Part shown: piece by piece, positions 17,829 to 26,799 of the stretch
How positions within the stretch are numbered: position 1 is the stretch's first letter
Layout of the letters: each line of letters opens with the position of its first letter
Source of the DNA: Spirochaetia bacterium
Lineage (GTDB): Bacteria > Spirochaetota > Spirochaetia > SZUA-6 > Bin103
Length of the DNA: 64,000 nucleotides
Assembly: GCA_965203515.1 (NCBI GenBank)
Contig: OZ241907.1
Span: 2,848,001-2,912,000, forward strand
Direction: 5' to 3'
Translations under genes and position numbers: made by a program
Notes under the pieces: model-generated
What the model saw: the letters and a program-made list of their open reading frames with translations, nothing else
Databases searched by the model: none
What the model was told of the DNA's origin: nothing

Positions 17829-19633
17829 CGCGGCCGACCGGGCGCGCCCGCGGGCGCCAGCAGCAGCCGGCGCTCGCCGCCGGCTCCGGCAGCAGCCGGC
17901 GCGGCGGCATCATCCGCCGCCCGGTCGGTGGCCGGCGCCGCGGCTTCTGCGTCGCCAGCGGCCACTTCCACTTCGACGTCGACGATGGCGTATTCGTAGC
18001 CTTGCTCGCAGAGGAAGCGCTGGCGGTGCATGGCGTATTCCTGCTCGACCGTGGCGGCGCTGACCAGCGAATAGAAGTGCGCCTGACTCCCGTCCCGCTT
18101 GGGGCGCAGGATGCGGCCGAGGCGTTGCGCCTCCTCCTGACGGGAACCGAAGGTCCCGGAGATCTGGATCGCGACGTTGGCCTCCGGCAGGTCGAGAGCC
18201 AGGCTGCCGATCTTGCTCACCGCCAGGCAGCGGAGCTCGCCGTTGCGGAACGCGGCGAACAGCTTGTCGCGCCGTTTCTGGGAGGAGCTGCCGGTGAGCA
18301 CCGGGATGGAAACGGCGGCGGCCAGCTCCTCGATCTGCTCGACGTACATCGCCATCACCAGGATGCGGTCGTCGCGGTGCCGCTCCAGCAGCGCGCGCAC
18401 CAAGTCGGTCTTGGCCGGATTCTCGGCCGCCATGCGGAACTGCATGCGCGCTCCCGCCGCAGCGTAGCTCAGGCGCCGCGGCGCCGGCAGCGGCACGCGC
18501 ACCTCCGTGCAGCGCGCGGTGGCGACCCACCCCTGCTGCTCCAGCTCGCGCCAGGGAACGTCGGCCTTCTTGGGACCGATCAGGGCGAATACGTCATCCT
18601 CGCGGCCATCTTCCCGCACCAGGGTCGCGGTCAACCCCAACCGCCGGCGCGCCTGCAGGGCTGCGGTAACCTGGAATACCGGCGCCGGCAGCAGGTGCAC
18701 TTCGTCGTAGATGATCAGCCCCCAGTTGCCGCGGTCGAACACTTCCAGATTGGTCATCGGGTCGCCGGCCCGACGGCGGTGGGTGAGCATCTGGTAGGTG
18801 GCCACCGTGAACGGCCGCAGGGCGCGGTCGGGACCGGCGTAGAGGCCCACCTGCTCCGCCTCCAGGGTGGTCTTGTCGAGCGCCTCCGCGATCCACTGCC
18901 GGGCGGCGGTGACGCTGGTGCAGAGGACCAGGGTAGTGCACTGCAAAGCCCGCGCGCAGGCCAGGCCGACCACCGTCTTGCCGGCGCCGCACGGCAGCAC
19001 GATCACGCCGCTGCCGCCGGCGCTGTGGCGGGCGGCAGCGAAGGCGCGCGCCGCCTCCGCCTGGTAGCCGCGCAACCCGAACGGCTGCCCGCTCAGGGTG
19101 GTGCCGCGCAACGCGAAGCTGAGCGGCAGGCCGCGCGCGTAGCCGGCTTCGTCGTTGGGCGGAAACCCGGCGCGCACCAGCGCCAGCTTGAGCAGGCCGC
19201 GTTTCTCTGCGTCGACCTGGAACGAGCGCCGGTCGACGCGGTCACCGAGCCATCGGGATACTTCGCGGCGGCGGCGCACGATCTCCAGCGCTTCGTCGTC
19301 GCTCGATTCGAGCGTCAGGCCGTCGTCCCCGGCCAGCAGGCGCAGCTTGCCGAAGCGGGCGGCGTGCGAGCGGATTTCGACGAGCGTGGCGTCCGGCACC
19401 GGGTAGCGGCTGAATTCGCGCAGGGTGGCGACGATCTGGTCGACCGTGACCCCGGCGGAGCGCGCGTTCCAGATCGACAGGGCGGTAATGCGGTAGGTGT
19501 GCACGTGCTCGGGCGCCTTGATCAGCTCCGCGAACGCCAGGAGTTGCGACCGTGCGGCCTCGAAACGGGGACTGGCTACCTCCAGCAGGAGCGTATCCAC
19601 ACCCTGCACGATGAGAGGTTGATCACTGGCCAT
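17825..19633 (-). CDS. XPB/Ssl2 (Rad25)-family DNA helicase
   Basis: PLIVQG.DTLLLEV, KAPEHVHTYRIT, LPCGAGKT, DEVH, GLTATLVREDG, GSRQEEAQRLGRILR. Confidence 0.92.
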   Translation of the reverse strand: MASDQPLIVQGVDTLLLEVASPRFEAARSQLLAFAELIKAPEHVHTYRITALSIWNARSAGVTVDQIVATLREFSRYPVPDATLVEIRSHAARFGKLRLLAGDDGLTLESSDDEALEIVRRRREVSRWLGDRVDRRSFQVDAEKRGLLKLALVRAGFPPNDEAGYARGLPLSFALRGTTLSGQPFGLRGYQAEAARAFAAARHSAGGSGVIVLPCGAGKTVVGLACARALQCTTLVLCTSVTAARQWIAEALDKTTLEAEQVGLYAGPDRALRPFTVATYQMLTHRRRAGDPMTNLEVFDRGNWGLIIYDEVHLLPAPVFQVTAALQARRRLGLTATLVREDGREDDVFALIGPKKADVPWRELEQQGWVATARCTEVRVPLPAPRRLSYAAAGARMQFRMAAENPAKTDLVRALLERHRDDRILVMAMYVEQIEELAAAVSIPVLTGSSSQKRRDKLFAAFRNGELRCLAVSKIGSLALDLPEANVAIQISGTFGSRQEEAQRLGRILRPKRDGSQAHFYSLVSAATVEQEYAMHRQRFLCEQGYEYAIVDVEVEVAAGDAEAAAPATDRAADDAAAPAAAGAGGERRLLLAPAGAPGRPR

Positions 19634-19730
19634 GAATGGGGCCAGCATAACCCGTACGAAATTGCGTGTGGGGCATGGCTCCCGAATCGAGACCGCAGAC
19701 GCCGCCCTGCCGCGAAGGCGGTTCAGTGCC

Positions 19731-20483
19731 ATGCGCCTGAAGACGGGAGTCGCGCCCGCGCTCTTCGCGGTCGGCCTGCTGGCGGCCGCGCCGCCGGCTC
19801 ACGCCGAGGAGGAAGCCGGGGCGCCCGCCGGCGGTGAACTGCGGCGTCTTGCGCTCGAACAGCTCCTCGATGGCCAATACCATCTGCCGCTGCTCGGCGA
19901 CGAGGAGACCCCGATTCGATTCGATCGGGGGCGGGGATCGATCACGTTCGGCGCCGGCGCGACGGAGCGGGTGCACGCCGGGCTGGTAGACGACCTGGCC
20001 GCCTTTGGCGACCTCGACGGCGACCGGATCGCCGATGCGGCGGTAGTCGTCTTCATCGACCCGGGCGGCAGCGGCACCTTCATCCACTTGTTGGCGATGC
20101 GTGACCGCGACGGCACGCCGGTTCAGGCGGGACGTGCGTTCATAGGTGATCGGGTACGCGTGGAAAGCCTCACCATCCGGGACGGTCGGATCTTCGTGTC
20201 GATGGTCGCGCACGGTCCCGGCGACCCGATGTGTTGCCCGTCGACCCGGATGCGCCGCTCGTTCACGCTGCGAGGACGCAGGCTGCTGCGAGGACGCAGG
20301 CTGCTGGAGCCGGCTCAATCGACGTGGAAGACCTCCTCGGCGGCAGCCCACCATTCGCCTTCGGGACGGTCCGGCAGCGGCTCCTGCATGGGGTCGGTGA
20401 GCTTCCACCACTCCTGCGTCTTGGGATCGGCCGCCATCGCCGCCATGTCGGCGGCGAAGTCGCTGCCGACGTATTCGAAGTAG
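19731..20483 (+). CDS. Secreted hypothetical protein; C-terminus reads through into the convergent gene
   Basis: Signal peptide ending AHA; GDLDGD, GGSGTF, GPGDPMCCPS motifs. Confidence 0.65.
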   Translation: MRLKTGVAPALFAVGLLAAAPPAHAEEEAGAPAGGELRRLALEQLLDGQYHLPLLGDEETPIRFDRGRGSITFGAGATERVHAGLVDDLAAFGDLDGDRIADAAVVVFIDPGGSGTFIHLLAMRDRDGTPVQAGRAFIGDRVRVESLTIRDGRIFVSMVAHGPGDPMCCPSTRMRRSFTLRGRRLLRGRRLLEPAQSTWKTSSAAAHHSPSGRSGSGSCMGSVSFHHSCVLGSAAIAAMSAAKSLPTYSK

Positions 20484-20653
20484 GCGAACAGGTAGTGCTT
20501 GCCGTCCGGCATGCGGCGCAGAAAGATCGAGTAGTTGCGCATGTTGCAGCGGCGCACCCGGTCCAACACCTCGGGCCACACCGCCTTGTGCAACCGCTTG
20601 TACTCGTCGATCTGCTCTGCCCGCAGGCCGACGATCCGTGCATGGCGTGTCAT
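20315..20653 (-). CDS. L-rhamnose mutarotase family protein
   Basis: EYKRLHKAVWPEV...RNYSIF...LFAYFEY...TQEWW. Confidence 0.9.
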   Translation of the reverse strand: MTRHARIVGLRAEQIDEYKRLHKAVWPEVLDRVRRCNMRNYSIFLRRMPDGKHYLFAYFEYVGSDFAADMAAMAADPKTQEWWKLTDPMQEPLPDRPEGEWWAAAEEVFHVD

Positions 20654-20684
20654 GTGTCTCCTCCTCCGCGTAGTCGTGCCCCGG

Positions 20685-21476
20685 TCACGGCGCCGTCACG
20701 GCGGCCGCCGTCCTGATGGCGTCGACGTTGCGCTTGGCCTGATCGGCAAGCATCGCGTTCAGCTCGCCGCAGACGATCAGCCTGGCGCCCATGGCGATCC
20801 AGCGCGCCGCGCCGTCGCCGTTGGGAACCACCGTGCCGCACGGCTTGCCGACGCGCGCGCAGCCGTCGATCGCCCGCCGGATGACCGCCTCGTGCGATCC
20901 GCCCGGACGGTAGAAGTCGCGCAAGGCGATGCCGTGCGACATCATCAGGTCATACGGCCCGACCAGGCAGGCGGTGACCCAGGGCCGGTCGAACAGGGCC
21001 GGATCGCCCACGGCGCGCGGCGTCTCGATCATCGGGATGATGGCGAGCTGCGCTTCCAGCTCCGCCCAGGTCTCCCGGCGAACGTCGCTCACGTGGCGGT
21101 TGCCGGGGCCGCCCGGGCCGCGCTCGCCGGCCGGCGGCAGCAAGGCGGCGCGGCGCAGCGTGTCGATCTGCTCGGCGGTGTCGACCATCGGCAGGATGGC
21201 GCCGAGCGAGCCGAGGTCGAGCGCGCGGCGCACGTGCTCGTAGGTGCAGAAGGTGCGCACGATCACGGGAAACCCCGCCAAGCGGCCCACGCGGCAGATG
21301 GAGGCGATGCGGTCGGGCGGAAACTCGCCGTGCTCGTCGTCGAGCATCAGGAAGTCGTAGCCGGCGCGCTGCAGCAGCTCCAACTGGGACTCGTGGGCGG
21401 TATCGGTGGCGAGCGCCCCGATCGGCACTTCGCCTTCCTGGAGCTTGCGCACGACGGCATTCCGGGTCACGGGCAT
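20685..21476 (-). CDS. HpcH/HpaI aldolase family protein
   Basis: DFLMLDDEHG, LDLG..GAILPMV, IPMIET, VGPYDL. Confidence 0.88.
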   Translation of the reverse strand: MPVTRNAVVRKLQEGEVPIGALATDTAHESQLELLQRAGYDFLMLDDEHGEFPPDRIASICRVGRLAGFPVIVRTFCTYEHVRRALDLGSLGAILPMVDTAEQIDTLRRAALLPPAGERGPGGPGNRHVSDVRRETWAELEAQLAIIPMIETPRAVGDPALFDRPWVTACLVGPYDLMMSHGIALRDFYRPGGSHEAVIRRAIDGCARVGKPCGTVVPNGDGAARWIAMGARLIVCGELNAMLADQAKRNVDAIRTAAAVTAP

Positions 21477-21508
21477 GGACAGACCATACCGCACGCCGGC
21501 CGGCACCG

Positions 21509-22285
21509 TCAGAGGATGCCGACCAGCTCCGGCAGCCCGGAGACCCGCACCGCCATCACCAGCACGGCGACGACCAGGAACACCCGTATCCACCGCTCGC
21601 CGCCGGCGACCGAGAAGCGCGCGCCCAGCCAGGCGCCGACGACGTTGCCGGCCGCCAGGGTCAGGCCCGGCCCCCATGCCACCTTGCCGTTCAGCAGGAA
21701 CACGACGACCGCGGCCACCGTGTAGATCAGGATCACCGCCACCTTGACCGCGTTGATGCGGACCAGGTCGTAGCCGCTCAGGAAGATCAGGGAGCTCATG
21801 ATCAGGAACCCCACGCCGGCCTGGATGAAGCCGCCGTACACGCCGATGGCGAAGAAGATCGCCATCAGCAGGATGCGGCGCGAGCCGGCCGGCGGCTGCG
21901 CCGGCGCGACCCGTTCGCCGGCCGGCTTCGGCTTGACGAAGATCGACACCAGCACCAGCACCATGACGCCCGCCAGCACCGCGTTGAACACGGCGTCCGG
22001 GACGTCGACCGCGATGCGCGAACCGACCACGGCGCCGGCCAGGGCCGGCAGGCCGAGCTGCAGGCCGAGCGCCGGCTCGAAGTGGCCCTTGCCGCGGAAG
22101 CCGGCGACGGCGGTGAGGTTCTGCAGGAGGATCGCCACCCGCACCGTGCCGTTGGCGACGCTGGACGGCAGGCCCAGGAAGATCAACACCGGCATGGTGA
22201 GCGCGCTGCCGCCGCCGGCTACGGTGTTGAGAAAACCGCCGACGACGCCCACGGCCAGCACCAGCGCGAGGGCGGGAAGCTCCAC
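21509..22285 (-). CDS. TSUP (TauE/SafE) family membrane transporter
   Basis: GGFLNTVAGGGS, ANGT, YGGFIQAGVG; multiple TM helices. Confidence 0.9.
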   Translation of the reverse strand: MELPALALVLAVGVVGGFLNTVAGGGSALTMPVLIFLGLPSSVANGTVRVAILLQNLTAVAGFRGKGHFEPALGLQLGLPALAGAVVGSRIAVDVPDAVFNAVLAGVMVLVLVSIFVKPKPAGERVAPAQPPAGSRRILLMAIFFAIGVYGGFIQAGVGFLIMSSLIFLSGYDLVRINAVKVAVILIYTVAAVVVFLLNGKVAWGPGLTLAAGNVVGAWLGARFSVAGGERWIRVFLVVAVLVMAVRVSGLPELVGIL

Positions 22286-22312
22286 AGGACCCGGACGGAC
22301 GGACCGAGGTGC

Positions 22313-23347
22313 TTAGGCCGGCTCGACGGGGACCACGCAGCCGGCGGCCAGGCTGCGGCCGACGGCGTCGGTGAACTCCATGTACTGCAGGCCGACGGTG
22401 AACGGCGTCAGCACGATCTCTTCCTCGCCGCGGATGGCGCCGACGAACTCGTCCTCGACCCGCCACGACCGCGCCTCGTCGGGACGCACCGCCACCTCGG
22501 CCAGCGCGTCGTCGCCGCGGCGCCCAGCCCATACCGTGTCGGTGTCGCCGTCGTAGCGGATCGTCCCGTCCGAGCCGAACAGATAGACCTCCGAACCGCC
22601 GGCCAGCCCCGCCACCGCCGAGACCTGCAAGTGGAGCTGCGCGCCGCAGTGGAGCTCGGCCGTGACGTCGACGTGCTCCGGGACCAGCGCGTCGCGCAGC
22701 GCCCCGGACGCATCGCGCCGGCGCGGCACGAAGGTCCTGCCCATCGCCGACACGCGGCGCGCCGTGCCGACCCAGCGCATCATCGCCTCGTACCAGATGC
22801 CCATGCTCATGATGTTGCGGCCGGACAGGTCGGCGTCCTGCCGCCAGTGCAGCGGCGCGTCGCGATCCAGGAAGCCGGTGGAGACGCGCGCCTCGACGAC
22901 CAGGAGGTCGCCCAGGAACCGCTCCGCGACGAGCCGCTGGATGGCGCCGTCGACCCGCAGGGTCATCGGCGACGGGACGATCTGCGCGACCAGCTCCGGG
23001 CGAGCGCGCGAGGCCGCCAGCATCCGCCGCGCCTCGGCCGCGTCGCGCGCCATGCGCGCCTCGCACAGCACGTGCTTGCCGGCCTGCAGCGCGGCGACGG
23101 TCACCGGTTCGTGCAGGTAGGGCCACGTGCCGATCACCACCGCGTCGACCTCCGACTCGACCACCGCCCGCCAGCTCGGCAGCACCTCCGGGATGCCGAA
23201 CTCCGCCGCCACGCGCGCGCCGGAGGCGTGCGATCGGTTGCAGACGCTCACCACCTCCACGCCGTCGATCGCCTGCAGGCGCGGGATGTGCATGCCGCGC
23301 GTGTTGGCGCCGGCGCCCACGACGCCCACTCTGATCCGCGTGCCCAT
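22313..23347 (-). CDS. Gfo/Idh/MocA family oxidoreductase
   Basis: VGVVGAG, AGKHVLCEARMA; GGAGG RBS before ATG 23347. Confidence 0.9.
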   Translation of the reverse strand: MGTRIRVGVVGAGANTRGMHIPRLQAIDGVEVVSVCNRSHASGARVAAEFGIPEVLPSWRAVVESEVDAVVIGTWPYLHEPVTVAALQAGKHVLCEARMARDAAEARRMLAASRARPELVAQIVPSPMTLRVDGAIQRLVAERFLGDLLVVEARVSTGFLDRDAPLHWRQDADLSGRNIMSMGIWYEAMMRWVGTARRVSAMGRTFVPRRRDASGALRDALVPEHVDVTAELHCGAQLHLQVSAVAGLAGGSEVYLFGSDGTIRYDGDTDTVWAGRRGDDALAEVAVRPDEARSWRVEDEFVGAIRGEEEIVLTPFTVGLQYMEFTDAVGRSLAAGCVVPVEPA

Positions 23348-23452
23348 GTCGCCTCCTCCCGGCGCGCCGCGGCGCGGCGCGTGCACGGCACGGTACAGGA
23401 TGGCGACGCAGCCTGCCAAGCTGGTCGGCACGGGGACGCCGCCCGAGCGTTG

Positions 23453-23504
23453 ATTGCCGCCTACCGCGTAGGGACCTATTCTGTACCGAACAGGTGGTCA
23501 TACG
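23453..23504 (+). repeat. Diverged upstream element of the PD-(D/E)XK family, copy 4
   Basis: ttgccgcctaccgcgtagggac...ccgaacaggtggtca matches the reverse complement of 10976-11027. Confidence 0.85.
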
Positions 23505-24209
23505 ATGAGTACTCTCAAAGCGCGGACGGCGGTGGTGGAGGACAGGATCGATCGCCTGGAACTGTTGTTCGAACGGCTCATGGAGCAGAACGCGGCTTCC
23601 CTGCGCAGCATCGAGCACGCCATCGAGGAGCTGAAGGCGGAGGCGGCCCGTGACCGTGAGGAGGCGGCCCGTTACCGCGCGGAGGACCGCGCGGAGGCGG
23701 CCCGAGATCGGAAAGCGATGAATCGGCGCTGGGGCGAGCTGGCCAACAAGATGGGCACCGTCGTGCAGGACATCGTGGCCCCCAGCCTGCGGCGTATCGC
23801 GCGCGACGAACTGGGCTGCGGCGACGAACGCTCGTTCAGCGTCACCATGTCCCGCGTTCGCAGCGACGATCCGCACTGCCGGCGCGAGTTCGACGCGCTC
23901 TACGTGGGGACGCAGGCGGTGCTGCTCAATGAGACCAAGTCGACCGCGCTGAGCGAGTACGCGAAAAAATTCGTGGAGTTTCTGAAGAGCGGGGAGTTCG
24001 GGCTCTACTTTCCGGAGTACCGGGAGCTGCCGTTGGTGGCGGTATTCTCGTCGCTACGCCTGCCGGACGACGTGATCACTTATCTGACGCGGAACGGCAT
24101 CTATGCGGTGTCGATGGGCGAGGAGACGATGCAGGTCCGCAACCGGGATGCCGTATCCGCCCGCAAGCGTATGCCGCCTGACTCGCCTGCCGGGCGGAAC
24201 GCACGATGA
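23505..24209 (+). CDS. Coiled-coil repeat plus PD-(D/E)XK-like protein, copy 4 (inverted relative to copies 1-3)
   Basis: C-terminal domain essentially identical in protein to copy 1; ~3 repeat modules. Confidence 0.82.
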   Translation: MSTLKARTAVVEDRIDRLELLFERLMEQNAASLRSIEHAIEELKAEAARDREEAARYRAEDRAEAARDRKAMNRRWGELANKMGTVVQDIVAPSLRRIARDELGCGDERSFSVTMSRVRSDDPHCRREFDALYVGTQAVLLNETKSTALSEYAKKFVEFLKSGEFGLYFPEYRELPLVAVFSSLRLPDDVITYLTRNGIYAVSMGEETMQVRNRDAVSARKRMPPDSPAGRNAR

Positions 24210-24394
24210 CGCTCACCGCCGAGTTTGGGTGAGGCAACACGGCTCCTATGCCTGGATGAGCTCCGATGCTCCTTACCTTTACCTCGCGCGTTTCTACGGG
24301 CTCGTCAGGATCAGCCCCTTTTCCCGACAGCGCCGACGGCAACGAATCGGTGCGGATGCTTTCTTGTTGTCGATGGAACGCGCGTATACGGTAC

Positions 24395-25303
24395 CTACCC
24401 GGCGAGCAGTTGCCGGCCCAGGTCCCAGACGATCACGGCGATGCCCAGGAGCATCACGCCGGCGAACAGGCGGCGGATGCGCGGCCCCCGGAACCGCCTG
24501 GCCAGGCGCACGCCGACCTGCACGCCCAGCACCGACCCGGCGGTGAGGAACAGGACCAGCGGCAACTCCACGTGCCGCTGCCCGGCGTGGCGGAGCGCCC
24601 CGTAGCCGGAGGCGAGCAGTACCTGCACGGCGCTGGTGCCGATCGCGACGTGGGTCGGCACGCCCAGGACGTAGATCAGGAGCGGAAAGTTGACGAACCC
24701 GCCGCCTACCCCCATCAGGCCGGTCAGCACGCCCACGCCAAGGCCCATGGCGAGCGGCACCCAGACCGAGATGCCGGCCAGATCGGAGCGCGGCAGGGCG
24801 ATGACCGGCCGCAGCCGGACGGCCCGCAGCGCCCGCCCCACGCGCGTGTCGACGCCGCCGCCGGACCGGGTCTCGCGCCAGATCAGCACGGCGACCGCCG
24901 CCAGCAGCGCCACGAACAGGCCGCCGAGCACCAAGTCGAGCAGCGTGACGCGGCTGCCGGACACGCCGACTTCGCCGATCGACGCCAGCGCGTTCTGGAT
25001 GCGCACGCCCAGCTCCGCCCCGGCCACCCCCCCGGCGCCGAGCACCAGCCCCAGACGCCACTCCACGTTGCCGGCCCGTCCGTGCCGGTAGGCGGAGACC
25101 GTGCCGGTCAGGAAGATCTGCACCAGATCGGTGCCGACCGCGACCGGGTACGGCACCCCGAACAGCGCCTTGAGCGCCGGCGTGAGCAGAAACCCGCCGC
25201 CCACCCCGAACAGCCCGGTCAGCACGCCGACCGCAAAGCCGAGCAGCACCACGCCCGGCAGCCACGCGTCGACCTGGGCCAGGGGCAGGAACAGCGTCAG
25301 CAT
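24395..25303 (-). CDS. TSUP (TauE/SafE) family membrane transporter
   Basis: GLFGVGGGFLLTP, AVGTDL, GLMGVGGGF, AIGTS. Confidence 0.9.
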   Translation of the reverse strand: MLTLFLPLAQVDAWLPGVVLLGFAVGVLTGLFGVGGGFLLTPALKALFGVPYPVAVGTDLVQIFLTGTVSAYRHGRAGNVEWRLGLVLGAGGVAGAELGVRIQNALASIGEVGVSGSRVTLLDLVLGGLFVALLAAVAVLIWRETRSGGGVDTRVGRALRAVRLRPVIALPRSDLAGISVWVPLAMGLGVGVLTGLMGVGGGFVNFPLLIYVLGVPTHVAIGTSAVQVLLASGYGALRHAGQRHVELPLVLFLTAGSVLGVQVGVRLARRFRGPRIRRLFAGVMLLGIAVIVWDLGRQLLAG

Positions 25304-25353
25304 CGCGCCCGCACCTTACCCCGGCGCGCGCCGCGCACGGCGGCCGGACGGCC

Positions 25354-26208
25354 TCAGAAGGCGACCGGCGTCACCGCCACCCAGTAGTAGACCAGATAGA
25401 CGCCGGCGCCGAGCAGGAACAGCACGCCGACGTGGTTGGCGAACGGCAGCAGCGCCCGCAGCCGCTGCGCCAGCGTGTCACGCAACAACGCCGCGCCCAG
25501 GGTGACCGCCGTGATCACCGCTCCCATGCCGAGCGCGTAGCTGGCGAACTGCGCCAGGGTGATCAGCAGCCCGCCGGCGGTCAACGCCGTCGATACCACC
25601 AGCAGGAAGATCGGCAGCGCGCAGCTCAGCGACGCGATGGCGTAGCTCATGCCGAACAACAGCGCGTTCCCGGTGTTGCGCCGGGGCGTGACGTGCACGC
25701 GGCTGGCGGCGGCGATGCCGATCTTGCGGCCGGTGATCAGCAGCCACAGCGCCAGCGCCGCCATGCCGGCTCCGGTCGCCGTGGCCGCATACGGCAGGAC
25801 CGGCCCCAACGCCTGCCCGGCCAGCGCCACCACCGCGCCGACCGGCGCCACCACCGCCACGAACCCCGCGGTGGCGGCGGCGGCGATGCGGACCGCCGCC
25901 AGCATGCGCCGCAGCCGCGGCGCGGCCCGGTAGCCCGATTCCTGCGTGCCGAGCTGCAGCGACAGGTAGGTCGGCAGCATGATGAATCCGCACGGGTTGA
26001 CGCAGGCGACCATGCCGGCCCCGAACGCGGTGCCCAGCCGCACCGAGCGGGCCAGCTCGGTGGCCGCCTGCTCCGCGCCCGCCTGCAGGCGCGCGAGCAG
26101 GTAGACCGCGGCGACCACCGCGACGGCCGGCGCCGCGTAGTACCAGAGCAGACGCCGCCAGCCGCCGGTCGCCGGGCGGGACCGGTCGGCGGTCCCTGCG
26201 GTCGCCAC
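25354..26208 (-). CDS. Cytochrome c biogenesis CcdA / DsbD-type membrane protein
   Basis: VNPCGFIMLPTYL and ASLSCALPIF Cys motifs, YALGMG. Confidence 0.85.
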   Translation of the reverse strand: MATAGTADRSRPATGGWRRLLWYYAAPAVAVVAAVYLLARLQAGAEQAATELARSVRLGTAFGAGMVACVNPCGFIMLPTYLSLQLGTQESGYRAAPRLRRMLAAVRIAAAATAGFVAVVAPVGAVVALAGQALGPVLPYAATATGAGMAALALWLLITGRKIGIAAASRVHVTPRRNTGNALLFGMSYAIASLSCALPIFLLVVSTALTAGGLLITLAQFASYALGMGAVITAVTLGAALLRDTLAQRLRALLPFANHVGVLFLLGAGVYLVYYWVAVTPVAF

Positions 26209-26212
26209 CGGC

Positions 26213-26788
26213 CTACGGCTCGGCGTCGAGCAGGGCGCCGCCCAACTCCTCCAGCTTGTCCTTCGTCAGCAAGCCGGTCCAGGTGTGCGCGATCCGCCCC
26301 GCGGAGTCGATGAAGTAGGTGGCCGGAAGACCCAGCAACTCGTATGCCTCCTGGACGTGGCCGTCGGCGGTGGTCACCGCCGGGTAGGTAATCGAAAGCG
26401 CGTGCAGCAGCGACAGCGCGTGCTCCGGCAGGCCGAGGTTGGCCAGCGCGCCGATGTCGACGCCCAGCATCAGCACCTGCTTGCGATGCCTGTCGTAGTA
26501 CGCCTGCAGATCCGGCATCTCGACCTGGCACGGCGGGCATTGCGCGGCCCAGAAGTTGAGGATGATCGGCCTGCCCAGCGCGACCACGTCGCTGAGGCGC
26601 AGCTCCCGGCCGCCGAGCTCCTTCTCGCCCTGGTATGCCTCGAACGCGAAGTCGGGGGCGATCGGCAGGTCCTCCCGCACCGGGCGGGCTCCGTCTCCCC
26701 CGCCGTTCCGGCCGCCGCAGCCGGCCAGCAGCAGTGCCGCGGCCGCAGCGAACAGCAGCGCGCGCATACCCCGTGGTGAACGAGCCAT
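26213..26788 (-). CDS. TlpA/ResA-like thiol-disulfide oxidoreductase lipoprotein
   Basis: Lipobox LAGC; NFWAAQCPPCQVEMP; GLPATYFID. Confidence 0.9.
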   Translation of the reverse strand: MARSPRGMRALLFAAAAALLLAGCGGRNGGGDGARPVREDLPIAPDFAFEAYQGEKELGGRELRLSDVVALGRPIILNFWAAQCPPCQVEMPDLQAYYDRHRKQVLMLGVDIGALANLGLPEHALSLLHALSITYPAVTTADGHVQEAYELLGLPATYFIDSAGRIAHTWTGLLTKDKLEELGGALLDAEP

Positions 26789-26799
26789 CGCCTTTCCCT

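Noticed and set aside
20685..23876. 1063-aa ORF as one giant protein
   Set aside because: Only the last ~263 codons (aldolase) are meaningful; the rest overlaps real genes in other frames
24210..24394. Lower-GC spacer downstream of copy 4
   Set aside because: No convincing ORF, RNA structure or terminal repeat recognised
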